From NCBI GenBank assembly GCA_963831405.1, contig CAWHPX010000011.1:29148-93147 (forward strand): 64,000 nucleotides of DNA, read 5' to 3'. Source of the stretch: an uncultured Actinomycetes bacterium. Lineage in GTDB: Bacteria; Actinomycetota; Thermoleophilia; Gaiellales; Gaiellaceae. A program made the position numbers and the translations under genes. The notes under the pieces were generated by a model. It searched no databases. It saw only the letters and a program-made list of their open reading frames with translations, and was not told where the DNA came from. Positions 1 through 8,522 of this stretch are shown here, piece by piece; position 1 is the stretch's first letter, and every line of letters begins with the position of its first letter.

Positions 1-69
1 GCCGCCGATCACGGGGGAACGCTCGAGCGCGACGGCGGCGGCTGGCGGCTCCGGCTGCCCACCGTCTGA
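1..69 (+). CDS. 3' end of an upstream CDS (partial); tail resembles the C-terminus of a histidine-kinase ATPase domain
   Basis: Frame 1 reads AADHGGTLERDGGGWRLRLPTV followed by TGA at 67-69. The G-rich ...LP tail is typical of HATPase_c ends. Too short for certainty. Confidence 0.3.
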   Translation, partial: AADHGGTLERDGGGWRLRLPTV

Positions 70-104
70 GCCTTCCCGCTCGCCCGAAGACGAATCCCGG
101 GAGG

Positions 105-110
105 TAGCGT
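105..110 (+). promoter_or_regulatory. candidate -10 hexamer (TAGCGT) for a leaderless cupin transcript
   Basis: TANNNT hexamer lies 7 nt upstream of ATG 118. No Shine-Dalgarno sequence in between. Confidence 0.35.
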
Positions 111-117
111 CCCCGGC

Positions 118-438
118 ATGCACGCGTTCGGAGTCGGGACCGTGGTCGAGAAGCTCCGCGCCGCCGGCGGCGGCTACGAGATCGTCCACGAGTCGCCCGG
201 GCTCGAGGTCGGCGTGTACGTGCTCGTCGCCCCGGAGCCGGACAAGCAGCAGCCGCACGCCGACGACGAGATCTACATCGTCCTCGAGGGCTCCGGCGTC
301 CTCGACGTCGCGGGCGAGCCGGTCCCCGTGCGCGAGGGCGGCGCCGTCTTCGTCGAGGCGGGCGCCGAGCACCGCTTCAGCGCGTACGAGCACCTCGCGC
401 TGCTCGTCATCTTCGAGCGAAAGCCCCCAGGAGGCTAG
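118..438 (+). CDS. cupin-domain protein
   Basis: 106-aa ORF with a small beta-barrel cupin-like core (IYIVLEGSGVL ... GGAVFVEAGAEHRF). Composition is normal for a real protein. Confidence 0.8.
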   Translation: MHAFGVGTVVEKLRAAGGGYEIVHESPGLEVGVYVLVAPEPDKQQPHADDEIYIVLEGSGVLDVAGEPVPVREGGAVFVEAGAEHRFSAYEHLALLVIFERKPPGG

Positions 439-677
439 AGCTTCGCGCGGAGCTCGGCCGGCCGGAGCAGCTTGTGGCCGAGCTCGGCCTCGGGCGGGAC
501 GAGCTCCCGGACGACCCGCAGCACGAGCTCCGCGTCGTCGCTGAACGGGCTGACGATCCTGTTGCCCTTCAGGAGCGCCTTGCCGCGCGGGCCCGCGTGC
601 ACGCCGAGGTCGCGTTCGACGTATCCCTTGTCGCGCAGGACGTCGTTTGCAGCAGCGACTGCGTCGGCGGCGGACAC
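435..677 (-). CDS. hypothetical small protein (80 aa)
   Basis: The ORF has a balanced K/D/E/L composition, unlike the R/A/P-rich artefact ORFs of this GC-rich DNA. Convergent with the cupin gene. No family recognised. Confidence 0.5.
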   Translation of the reverse strand: MSAADAVAAANDVLRDKGYVERDLGVHAGPRGKALLKGNRIVSPFSDDAELVLRVVRELVPPEAELGHKLLRPAELRAKL

Positions 678-686
678 CGCGCGACC

Positions 687-1427
687 CTAGCCGAAGAGAT
701 CTCGCTCGGGGGGAATCGGGATGTCCGTCGCGCGCCCCGCCCCGCGCACGTCGAGGCCGCGGATGATCGAGACGGGGACGCGGTCGAGCTTTCCCGACAC
801 GAGCTGCGCCGCGCCGGCGAGCTCGTCGGCGACGGCGATCACCGTCGCCTTCAGCTCGTACCCGACCGGGTCGCGGTCGCCCGAGTGCTCGCGCATCACC
901 TCGATGCCCGCCGCACCGATCGCGACGTCCGTCGTTCCCTGCCGCCACGGCCTCCCGAACGAGTCCGTGACGAGCACGCCGACGTCGCGCCCGCTGCGCT
1001 CGCGCAGCTGCGCCCGCAGGGCCGCCGCCGACGCGTCGGGGTCGACGGGCAGCAGCACGAGCGTCCCGGCCTCGGGCGTGTTCGACTGGTCGACTCCAGC
1101 AGAGGCGCAGATGAAGCCGTGACGGGTCTCGCAGATGACGAGCGGCGCCCGCACGCGCACGACGCGCTTCGCCTCGCGCAGGATCCACTCGATGCGCTGA
1201 GGATCGCCCTCCTCACCGGCGATCTCGAGCGCCTGCGACGACGGCTCGACGTCGCCGAGCCGGACGACGCGCCCTTCGACCTTCGAGACCGCCTTCTGCG
1301 CGACGACGACGACGTCGTCGTCGAGGAGCTCGACACGCTCGACGATCATCGCGGCGAGATCGTCGCCCTCGCGCAGCTCCGGCAGGCCCCGCACCGGAAA
1401 GACGGTGAAGCCGTCCTCGATGCTCAC
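687..1427 (-). CDS. cofE: coenzyme F420-0:L-glutamate ligase (CofE / FbiB N-domain family)
   Basis: The translation carries CofE-like blocks (AQKAVSKVEGR, CASAGVDQSN, VTDSFGRPWRQG). Start set at GTG 1427, which overlaps the npdG stop (GTGA). The longer N-terminus of the track ORF is R/A-rich and overlaps npdG. Confidence 0.85.
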   Translation of the reverse strand: MSIEDGFTVFPVRGLPELREGDDLAAMIVERVELLDDDVVVVAQKAVSKVEGRVVRLGDVEPSSQALEIAGEEGDPQRIEWILREAKRVVRVRAPLVICETRHGFICASAGVDQSNTPEAGTLVLLPVDPDASAAALRAQLRERSGRDVGVLVTDSFGRPWRQGTTDVAIGAAGIEVMREHSGDRDPVGYELKATVIAVADELAGAAQLVSGKLDRVPVSIIRGLDVRGAGRATDIPIPPERDLFG

Positions 1428-2041
1428 GGAAGGCCGGTGACCTGCACGCCGGCGTGCCCGCGGTAGCGCTTGTTCAGGTTGACGATCACCGCCGTCAGCC
1501 CCTCGAGCGCGCGGGCGCACGCGAGCGGCCCCGCGTCGAGGCCGCGGCCGGTGACGATCGAGGCGGCGAGCTCGAGCGCGAGCTCCTTCGCGGCCGGGTC
1601 GTCGCCGCACACGAGTGCGTCACCCTCGGCTTTCCCGTTCGCGAGCGACGCGGCGGCGAGCGACTGGAGCCCGGCGACGACGGGAGCGTCGAGCAGCTCG
1701 TCGGTGCGCTCGGCGAGCGAGCGCGCTTCGTCGGCCGGGAACACGCCCTGCTTCGTGAACCGGAGCGCGCTCGCGACGCTCAGCACGGGCGTCTCGCCGA
1801 TCGCCGAGGCGAGCGAGCCGGCGGTCTCGAGCGCGGCTTCCGCCTTGACCGCGAGCACGACGATGTCGACGCCCTGGACGGCGTCGTCGTTCGCGGCGCC
1901 GCGCGCGCCCACGCCGGCGGCCTTCTCGGCCGCCCGTTCGGCGTCGCGCGAGCCGACGACGACGTCGTGGCCCGCTTCGACGAGCCGCTCCGCGAGCGCG
2001 AGCCCGAAATCGCCGGTGCCCCCGACGACGGCGACCTTCAT
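1424..2041 (-). CDS. npdG: NADPH-dependent F420 reductase
   Basis: Rossmann N-terminus MKVAVVGGTGDFGLALAERL. About 205 aa, F420-dependent NADP oxidoreductase-like. ATG 2041 overlaps the cofD stop (ATGA). Confidence 0.8.
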   Translation of the reverse strand: MKVAVVGGTGDFGLALAERLVEAGHDVVVGSRDAERAAEKAAGVGARGAANDDAVQGVDIVVLAVKAEAALETAGSLASAIGETPVLSVASALRFTKQGVFPADEARSLAERTDELLDAPVVAGLQSLAAASLANGKAEGDALVCGDDPAAKELALELAASIVTGRGLDAGPLACARALEGLTAVIVNLNKRYRGHAGVQVTGLP

Positions 2042-2961
2042 GCGGGGACCACGCCGAGCGCCGCCTCCGCGAGCCGCCGCCGCGCCGCAGGCCCGGACAT
2101 GAGCGTGTGCGTGACGATCGCGCGCACGTCGCCGAGACCGTCGACGTCGTCCGCGTCCGCGCCGTCGACCACGAGCGCGTCGATCAAGCCGCCGTAGCAC
2201 GCTGCGACGTGGCGGGGAGACGTACCGCCGGCGAGGCGGTCGAGCATGCGGTCGGCGGGGCCCTTCACCGCACGGCCGCCGATCAGCGGGCTGACGGCGA
2301 CGCAGGGCACGCCGCGGCGCTCGATCGCGCGCCGGATCTGCGAGACGGCGAGGATCGGCTGGACCGAGACGTAGGGGTTGCTCGGTGCGATGAGGATCAG
2401 GTCGGCCGCGTCGAGGGCCGCGACGAGGCCGGGCGCCGCCGCCGCGGCCTCGGCGCCCTCGAAGCGAAGCCCGTCGACCTCGTCGAGATGCCCGCGGGCG
2501 ACGAACCACTCCTGGAAGCTGAGCTCGCCGGCCTCGGTGGCGATCCAGGTGCGCAGCCGGTCGTCGGTGGCGGGCAGAAGCGTCGTCCGGACGCCGAACG
2601 CACGCGCGATGCGCGCCGTGACCGCCGAGAGCGTCTCGCCCGCGCGAAGCGCCTGCGTGCGCACGAGGTGTACCCCGAGATCGCGGTCGCCGAGTGCGAA
2701 CCACGACTCGCCGCCGAGCTCCGACACGGTGGCGAGCGCGCTCCACGTCTCGTCGGCGCGGCCCCAGCCCCGTCGCTCGTCGTTCAGCCCCGCGAGGGCG
2801 TAGACGATCGAGTCGAGGTCCGGCGACACGTGCACGCCCAGCACCTCGAGGTCGTCGCCGACGTTGCCGACGACGGTGACCGACGGCGCACCGGCGACCT
2901 CGACGAGCCCGCGGACGAAACGGGCGCCGCCGACCCCGCCCGACAGAACGACGACGTTCAC
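2038..2961 (-). CDS. cofD: 2-phospho-L-lactate transferase (CofD/FbiA)
   Basis: 307-aa ORF starting VNVVVLSGGVGGARF, with CofD-like blocks throughout. GTG start overlaps the cofC stop. Confidence 0.9.
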   Translation of the reverse strand: MNVVVLSGGVGGARFVRGLVEVAGAPSVTVVGNVGDDLEVLGVHVSPDLDSIVYALAGLNDERRGWGRADETWSALATVSELGGESWFALGDRDLGVHLVRTQALRAGETLSAVTARIARAFGVRTTLLPATDDRLRTWIATEAGELSFQEWFVARGHLDEVDGLRFEGAEAAAAAPGLVAALDAADLILIAPSNPYVSVQPILAVSQIRRAIERRGVPCVAVSPLIGGRAVKGPADRMLDRLAGGTSPRHVAACYGGLIDALVVDGADADDVDGLGDVRAIVTHTLMSGPAARRRLAEAALGVVPA

Positions 2962-3566
2962 GAGGGAGCCTCGACCGGCAGCGCGGCGAGGGCCGTCTGC
3001 GAGCGCGGCCCGAGGCGAAGGTGCAGGCGCTGCAGGTCGGCGACCGTGTCGACGTCGTCTGCAAGGTTCGGGACGGCGACGGAGACGGAATCGACGCCGA
3101 GCTCGGCTGCACGCGCGCGGAAGCGCGCGGCGCTGTCGGGCCCGTAGAGCGGGGCGAACGCCTCCGGCGCCGAGATGCTCAACGCGTTCGTCGTCCCGTC
3201 GAGCGCCTCGACGAGCGCGAGCCCGCCCGCGGGCGTGGCGGCGAGGAGGGCGCGCAGGTCGTCCGGCACGACACAGGGGACGTCGGCGTTCACGACGAGG
3301 ATCGCGCCCGGGTCGAGATCCGCGAGCGCCGCGGCAACGGCCGCGCCCTGCCCGCCGCCCGGATCACCGGTCACCTCGGCGCCCGCCTCGCGGGCGAGCG
3401 CGGCACCGTCGGCGTCCGCCGTCGCCACCCGCGCCGCTCCAAGTGCGAGCGCCGCGGCGAGGACGTCGCCGAGCATCGCGAGCGAGAGCTCGCGCCGGGC
3501 GCGGCGCGAGGCGTGCAGGCGCGTCTTGCCCTCGACGCCGGCAAAAGGAATGACGACCGTCGGCAT
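2958..3566 (-). CDS. cofC: 2-phospho-L-lactate (or PEP) guanylyltransferase (CofC/FbiD)
   Basis: 202 aa. MPTVVIPFAG..KTRL N-terminus and a nucleotidyltransferase-like core. First gene of the cofC-cofD-npdG-cofE chain. Confidence 0.85.
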   Translation of the reverse strand: MPTVVIPFAGVEGKTRLHASRRARRELSLAMLGDVLAAALALGAARVATADADGAALAREAGAEVTGDPGGGQGAAVAAALADLDPGAILVVNADVPCVVPDDLRALLAATPAGGLALVEALDGTTNALSISAPEAFAPLYGPDSAARFRARAAELGVDSVSVAVPNLADDVDTVADLQRLHLRLGPRSQTALAALPVEAPS

Positions 3567-3572
3567 GGGGAG

Positions 3573-3578
3573 ATGCTA
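3573..3578 (-). promoter_or_regulatory. candidate -10 hexamer (TAGCAT on the minus strand) for leaderless cofC
   Basis: The reverse complement of ATGCTA at 3573-3578 is TAGCAT, 6 nt upstream of the cofC ATG at 3566. It overlaps the polX start codon. Confidence 0.3.
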
Positions 3579-5192
3579 GCCAGCGTGACCACCAACCATG
3601 AGATCGCGACGACCCTCGATGCGTATGCCGCCCTGCTCGATCTCGCAGGCGCAGGGCACTACACGGTCCGCGCGTATCGCCGGGCGGCAGAGCTCGTACG
3701 CGAGACACGTGCGCCCGTCGCGGACCTCGTCCGCGACGGCCGCGCGCGCGATCTCCGCGGGATCGGGCCGGGCATCGAGCGGCGCCTCACCGAGCTCGTG
3801 TCGACAGGCCGGCTCGCAGAGCTCGAGGAGCTCGAGCGCGACGTCGAGCCGCAGCTCGTCGCGCTCGGGCGCTTCGTCGGCCTCGGCCCGCAGCGGATGG
3901 TCGCGCTCGGACGGGCGCTCGGCGTCCGCACGGCCGACGAGCTGCGCGAGGCCGCGGCGGCCGGCCGCCTGCGCGAGGCTCCGGGCATCGGCCCCGCCAC
4001 CGAGCAGAAGATCATCGCGGGCCTCGCACGCGAGCGGCCGCAGCGCCCGCGGGCCCTGTTGCTCCCACGAGCGCTCGAGCTCGCCGGCTCGATCGCGCTC
4101 GAGCTCGACGCAGAGGTCGCCGGCGAGGCCCGCCGCCGCTGCGAGACCGTGCACGAGCTCGTCCTCGTCTCATCGTCGCCGGCCGCGCTCGAGCGCCTGC
4201 AGAGCTCGCCGACGGTGGTCGCGCTCGTCGAGCGCGACCGCGACCGCGCCGTCGGCGTCACCGTCGAGGGCCTTGCCGTCGAGCTCGTCGTCGCGCCGCC
4301 CGAGCGGTTCGGGACGGAGCTTCTCCGCGCAACGGGCTCCGCCGCGTACGTCGCGTCGCTCGGGGAGCTGCCGGCCGCACCGGACGAGCACGGCGTGTAC
4401 GCGCACCTCGGGCTGCCGTGGTGCCCGCCGGAGCTGCGCGAGGGGCCGCTCGTCCGCGAGCCGCCCGCCCTCGTCGGGATCGACGACATCCGCGGCGATC
4501 TCCACTGCCACACGACGTGGTCGGACGGAAAGGCGTCGGTGCGGGAGATGGCGGTCGCCGCGCGCGACCTCGGCTACGCGTACGTCGCGATCTGCGACCA
4601 CACGCCGAACGTCCGCGTCGTGCCCGGCCTCGACGCCGACGGGCTGCGTGCGCAGGCGGAGGAGATCGCCGGGGTGAACGGGGAGCTCGCGCCGTTTCGC
4701 GTCCTGCGCGGCACCGAGTGCGATATCCGGAGCGACGGGCGGCTCGACCTCCCGGACGACGTGCTCGCCGCGCTCGACTGGGTGCAGCTCTCCCTGCACG
4801 CGGGCCAGCGGGAGAGCGCGGAGCGGCTGACGAAGAAGGTGACCGAGGCGATGCGGCATCCCGCCGTCCGCTGTCTCAGCCATCCGAAGGGCCGGATCAT
4901 CAACCACCGGCCGCCGAACGCCCTCGTGCTGGAGCGCGTGCTCGAGGTGGCGCTCGAGGAGGGCGTCGCGCTCGAGACGAACGGCCTTCCGAACCGGCTC
5001 GACCTGCGCGACGAGGAGGTGCGGCTCGCCGTCGAGGCGGGCGTCCCGGTCGTCTGCTCGACGGACGCCCACTCGGTGCGCGGCCTCGAGAACATGCACC
5101 TCGCGGTCGCGACCGCGCGCCGCGGCTGGGCGACCGCCGCCGACGTGCTGAACACCCGGCCCCTCGACGAGGTGCTCGGCCTGCGCCCGTAG
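3573..5192 (+). CDS. polX: family X DNA polymerase with C-terminal PHP phosphoesterase domain (PolX)
   Basis: N-terminal helix-hairpin-helix Pol-beta-like region (IGPGIERRL, GIGPATEQKI) plus PHP motifs (DLHCHTTWSDG, ICDH, STDAHS). Start taken at ATG 3573 (GTG 3585 is also possible). The upstream part of the 723-aa track ORF is antisense to cofC. Confidence 0.85.
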   Translation: MLASVTTNHEIATTLDAYAALLDLAGAGHYTVRAYRRAAELVRETRAPVADLVRDGRARDLRGIGPGIERRLTELVSTGRLAELEELERDVEPQLVALGRFVGLGPQRMVALGRALGVRTADELREAAAAGRLREAPGIGPATEQKIIAGLARERPQRPRALLLPRALELAGSIALELDAEVAGEARRRCETVHELVLVSSSPAALERLQSSPTVVALVERDRDRAVGVTVEGLAVELVVAPPERFGTELLRATGSAAYVASLGELPAAPDEHGVYAHLGLPWCPPELREGPLVREPPALVGIDDIRGDLHCHTTWSDGKASVREMAVAARDLGYAYVAICDHTPNVRVVPGLDADGLRAQAEEIAGVNGELAPFRVLRGTECDIRSDGRLDLPDDVLAALDWVQLSLHAGQRESAERLTKKVTEAMRHPAVRCLSHPKGRIINHRPPNALVLERVLEVALEEGVALETNGLPNRLDLRDEEVRLAVEAGVPVVCSTDAHSVRGLENMHLAVATARRGWATAADVLNTRPLDEVLGLRP

Positions 5193-5226
5193 GGCACGAC
5201 GCGCGTCGAACTGCTGTACTCGGCCC

Positions 5227-6111
5227 GTGCGCGTGCTCGCGACGAGACGGCTGCCGGGCGCGGCGTGGGACGAGCTCCGCGACGTCGAGATCGGCCCACT
5301 CGAACCCGGACGCGACGACGTCGAGGTGGTCGTCGTCGCCAACGAGGGCGTCGACCCTGCCGGCTTCCCGTCGCTGCGCCTCGTCGCCAACTTCGGAGTC
5401 GGCTACGACAGGCTCGACGTCGAGGCGTGCCGGGCGAGCGGGATCGCCGTCACGAACACGCCCGGCGTCCTCGACGCCGCGACGGCGGATCTCGCGCTCG
5501 GGCTCATGCTCGCCGCGCGCCGGCGCGTCGTCGAGGGAGACGACCTCGTCCGCGCGGGGCGCTGGGCCACGCCGTGGTCGGCCGGCCCGTTCCTCGGCCG
5601 CGAGATCACCGGTGCGACCGTCGGCATCGTCGGGCTCGGGCGCATCGGCTCGGCGGTCGCACAGCGGGCACGCGGCTTCGAGATGCGCGTGCTGCACCAC
5701 CGGCGCACGCCGAGCCGCGATCCCGGATATCGGCCGCTCGACGCGCTGCTCGCGGAGGCGGACATCGTCACGCTGCACACGCCGCTGACGCCCGACACCG
5801 AGGGCCTCATCTCGCGGCGGCGCCTCTCGTTGCTCCGCGACGGCGCGACGCTCGTGAACACGGCCCGTGGAGCGGTCGTCGACGAGGAGGCGCTCGTCGA
5901 CGAGCTCGTCTCCGGCCGCATCGGCGCCGGGCTCGACGTCTTCGCACACGAGCCGAACGTCCCGGAGCGCCTGCTCGGCCTGCCGAACGTCGTGCTGACG
6001 CCGCACATCGCGAGCGCCACCGTCGAGACGCGCGCGGCGATGACGCGCATCGTCGTCGACAACGTGCTCGCGCTCGAGCGAGGCGAGCCGCTGCTGACGC
6101 CGGTGCCCTAG
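5227..6111 (+). CDS. D-isomer-specific 2-hydroxyacid dehydrogenase (glyoxylate/hydroxypyruvate reductase-like)
   Basis: NAD-binding GIVGLGRIGSAVA, NTARG, DVF..EP and TPHIAS catalytic-region blocks. 294 aa, GTG start. Confidence 0.85.
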   Translation: MRVLATRRLPGAAWDELRDVEIGPLEPGRDDVEVVVVANEGVDPAGFPSLRLVANFGVGYDRLDVEACRASGIAVTNTPGVLDAATADLALGLMLAARRRVVEGDDLVRAGRWATPWSAGPFLGREITGATVGIVGLGRIGSAVAQRARGFEMRVLHHRRTPSRDPGYRPLDALLAEADIVTLHTPLTPDTEGLISRRRLSLLRDGATLVNTARGAVVDEEALVDELVSGRIGAGLDVFAHEPNVPERLLGLPNVVLTPHIASATVETRAAMTRIVVDNVLALERGEPLLTPVP

Positions 6112-6383
6112 CCCTGCCCGGGGCGGCCCGCGGCGATCCAGTCGCGAACCTCGAACCAGTGGCTCGCGGTCAGCGCCTCGCCGAGACGCTCGTCCGTGTG
6201 CACCGCGTAGAAGACGTTGTGCTCGAGGTCGCAGCAGATCGCGACGTCGGAGAGCGCGACGTCGGTGAGGCGCATCACGACGTCGGCGGGCAACTGCGCC
6301 TCCGCGACGGTGTAGTGCTTGAACTGGAGCTCGGGCGCGATCTCCATCAGGTCGGGCCAGTCGGGGCAGCTGCGGCTAGACAT
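6108..6383 (-). CDS. hypothetical protein (91 aa), translationally coupled to wzt
   Basis: MSSRSCPDWPDLMEIAPELQFKHYTVAEAQ... has a non-artefact composition. Its ATG at 6383 lies 8 nt inside the end of wzt (stop 6376-6378). Confidence 0.55.
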   Translation of the reverse strand: MSSRSCPDWPDLMEIAPELQFKHYTVAEAQLPADVVMRLTDVALSDVAICCDLEHNVFYAVHTDERLGEALTASHWFEVRDWIAAGRPGQG

Positions 6384-7587
6384 GCTCGACTCGTTCGGCG
6401 GCCGCCGCCCATCGTCCTTCAAGCCGGACGAGGCCGCGGGCGCCGTCCGCCGGGTAGACGATGAAGACGAGCGCGTCGTCGAACGAGTGATATTGGACCT
6501 CGGCGCCCTCGTCCGTGAGGTCGAGGCGAAGGTGCAGCCGGCCGTCGGCGAACGGGGGCCTCTCCGCTTCGAAGCGGAGAGGCAGCGTTCGGGTCTCCTC
6601 GCGCCAGCCGAGCTCAACCGTCGCCACGGTGCCGCCGGCCACGAGGATCGCCGCATCGTCGCGGAGCTCCCAGCCGAGCCGCGGCGGCGCGATCGACCGT
6701 TCGGCCGTCACGTCGACGGCGATCGTGAACGGCTCTCCCGCGAGCACCTGCTTGCGCTCGTCGCCGTCCGGCCCGAGCAGGGTCACGCGCTCGACGCGGG
6801 CCACGTCTCCGCCCCACTCCTTCAACCCGGCTGCGCGCTCCTCGGGGTTCCGCTCGCCCGCGAGCTGCTGCCGGTACGCGACGACCGCATCGTGGGTGGG
6901 GCCGTCGAATTGCACGATCCCGTCCTTCAGGAGGATCGCTCGGTCGCAGAGCCGCTCGACCGATGCCGCATCGTGCGACACGAACACGATCGTCCCGCCG
7001 CGCTGCTTGAAGTCGAAGATCTTGCCGAAGCACTTGCGCTGGAACGCCTCGTCGCCGACCGCGAAGACCTCGTCGAGCAGCAGGACGTCCGCCTCGATGT
7101 GCGCGGCGATCGCGAACCCGAGCCGCATGTACATCCCCGACGAGTACGTGCGCACCGGCAGGTCGATGAACTCCTCGAGCCCGGCGAAGGCGACGATCTC
7201 GTCGAGCTTCTCGCGGATCGCCACGCGGCGCAGGCCGTGGATCGAGCCGTTCAGGAAGACGTTCTCCCGGCCGGTCATATCCGGGTGGAAGCCGGCGCCG
7301 AGCTCGAGCAGCGAGCCGACGCGCCCGCCGACCGCGACGCGGCCCGAGGTCGGCTTCACGATGCCGGACAGCAGCCGCAGAAGGGTCGTCTTGCCGGAGC
7401 CGTTGCGCCCGACGAGCCCGACGGCGCTCCCCGGCTCGACGGCGAACGAGACGTCGCTCAGCGCGACCACGTCCGAGCCGCGCGTGTGGCGGCGGGCGAG
7501 GAGCAGGTCCTTCAGCGCGCGGTTCTCCCGCGGATAGACGCGGAAGGTCCTCGCAACGTGCTCGACGAGGATCTCGCCGTCTCTCAT
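6376..7587 (-). CDS. wzt: polysaccharide/teichoic-acid-type ABC exporter ATP-binding protein with a C-terminal extension (Wzt/TagH family)
   Basis: Walker A GRNGSGKTTLL, signature YSSGMYMRLGFA, Walker B LLLDEV, and the LELGAGFHPDMTGREN block typical of Wzt/KpsT/TagH. About 150 extra C-terminal residues sit where Wzt proteins carry a glycan-binding domain. Confidence 0.85.
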   Translation of the reverse strand: MRDGEILVEHVARTFRVYPRENRALKDLLLARRHTRGSDVVALSDVSFAVEPGSAVGLVGRNGSGKTTLLRLLSGIVKPTSGRVAVGGRVGSLLELGAGFHPDMTGRENVFLNGSIHGLRRVAIREKLDEIVAFAGLEEFIDLPVRTYSSGMYMRLGFAIAAHIEADVLLLDEVFAVGDEAFQRKCFGKIFDFKQRGGTIVFVSHDAASVERLCDRAILLKDGIVQFDGPTHDAVVAYRQQLAGERNPEERAAGLKEWGGDVARVERVTLLGPDGDERKQVLAGEPFTIAVDVTAERSIAPPRLGWELRDDAAILVAGGTVATVELGWREETRTLPLRFEAERPPFADGRLHLRLDLTDEGAEVQYHSFDDALVFIVYPADGARGLVRLEGRWAAAAERVEHV

Positions 7588-8465
7588 GCAGGCGACGGTA
7601 CTCCCTGCGCCCGCCGGACGATCCCGGCGAGGGTGCGCACGAACGCCGGATCGTCGTTCGGCATCTCGATCCGCTCGAGCCGGACGCCGAGCTCACGCGC
7701 GAGCTCGACCGCCTCGACGTCGAGATCCCAGCGGATCTCGAGATGGTCGGAGACGAAGCCGACCGGCGCGACGAGCACGCGCTCGACACCGCGCGCCCGC
7801 AGGTCGCGCAGGTGGTCGAGGATGTCGGGCCCGAGCCAGGGCTCCCCCGTCGGCGACTCGCTCTGGAACGAGAACGACCAGTCGTCGAGCCCCGCGGCGG
7901 CGGCGACGAGCCGGGACGTCTCGAGCAGCTGCTCCTTGTACGGATCGCCCATCGCGAGCACGCGCTCCGGCAGGGAGTGCGCGGTGAAGACGACGTGCGC
8001 GTCGGTGCCGCGCACCCTGTCGGCGAGCAGCTCGACGAAGCCGGGCTCGTCGTGCCAGCTGTCGACGAAGCGAAGCTCGGCGCGGCCGCCGAGCGCCGCT
8101 TCGAGCTGGTCGCGGTAGCCCTTGATGGAGAGCGCCGAGTAATGCGGCGCGAGGACGAGCCCGACGATCGTGCCGGCGCCTCCCTCGACGGCCGCCTGCG
8201 CGGCGTCCGCGATGCGCGGCGTCCAGTGCTTCATGCCGGTGTAGACCGGGACGCCGAGCTCCCGCTCGAGCGCCGCGCGGGTCTGCTCGGTGATCGCATT
8301 GAGCGGCGACGAGTCCTCGATCCCGAGCCGGCGGTAGCGCTCGACGAGGTCGGCGAGGTTCTCGGGCGCGATCGGGCGGCCGCCGCGGATGTCGGAGTAG
8401 TACGCGGGCACGTCGGCGAGCCGCTCCGGGGAGCCGTACGCCATCAGGACGACCGCGTCACTCAC
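7584..8465 (-). CDS. hemH: ferrochelatase (likely coproporphyrin ferrochelatase type)
   Basis: VVLMAYGSPE N-terminus, FTAHSLPERV and VGFVSDHLE blocks. Its stop overlaps the wzt ATG (ATGA at 7584-7587). Confidence 0.9.
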   Translation of the reverse strand: MSDAVVLMAYGSPERLADVPAYYSDIRGGRPIAPENLADLVERYRRLGIEDSSPLNAITEQTRAALERELGVPVYTGMKHWTPRIADAAQAAVEGGAGTIVGLVLAPHYSALSIKGYRDQLEAALGGRAELRFVDSWHDEPGFVELLADRVRGTDAHVVFTAHSLPERVLAMGDPYKEQLLETSRLVAAAAGLDDWSFSFQSESPTGEPWLGPDILDHLRDLRARGVERVLVAPVGFVSDHLEIRWDLDVEAVELARELGVRLERIEMPNDDPAFVRTLAGIVRRAQGVPSPA

Positions 8466-8472
8466 GTGTCCG

Positions 8473-8478
8473 AGGCTA
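8473..8478 (-). promoter_or_regulatory. candidate -10 hexamer (TAGCCT on the minus strand) for leaderless hemH
   Basis: TANNNT lies 7 nt upstream of GTG 8465, in the 57-nt hemE-hemH spacer. Confidence 0.35.
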
Positions 8479-8522
8479 GCCGCTCGAGGAAGAGCCGCGG
8501 TTCTCCCAGGCGGACGGGCCGG

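Noticed and set aside
435-677. Toxin-antitoxin or defence-system role for the small ORFs 435-677 and 6108-6383.
   Set aside because: There is no partner gene in a TA-like arrangement and no recognisable toxin, antitoxin or nuclease motif. The first is isolated next to the F420 operon, and the second is coupled to wzt.
1424-5192. N-terminal extensions of the track ORFs for cofE (to 1610), npdG (to 3112), polX (from 3021), GH31 (from 58268), asnB-like (from 35847) and others.
   Set aside because: The extensions overlap neighbouring genes, are R/A-rich, and precede canonical family N-termini (for example MKVAVVGG, MCGICG, signal peptides). Those N-termini coincide with 4-nt stop-start overlaps or TANNNT boxes.
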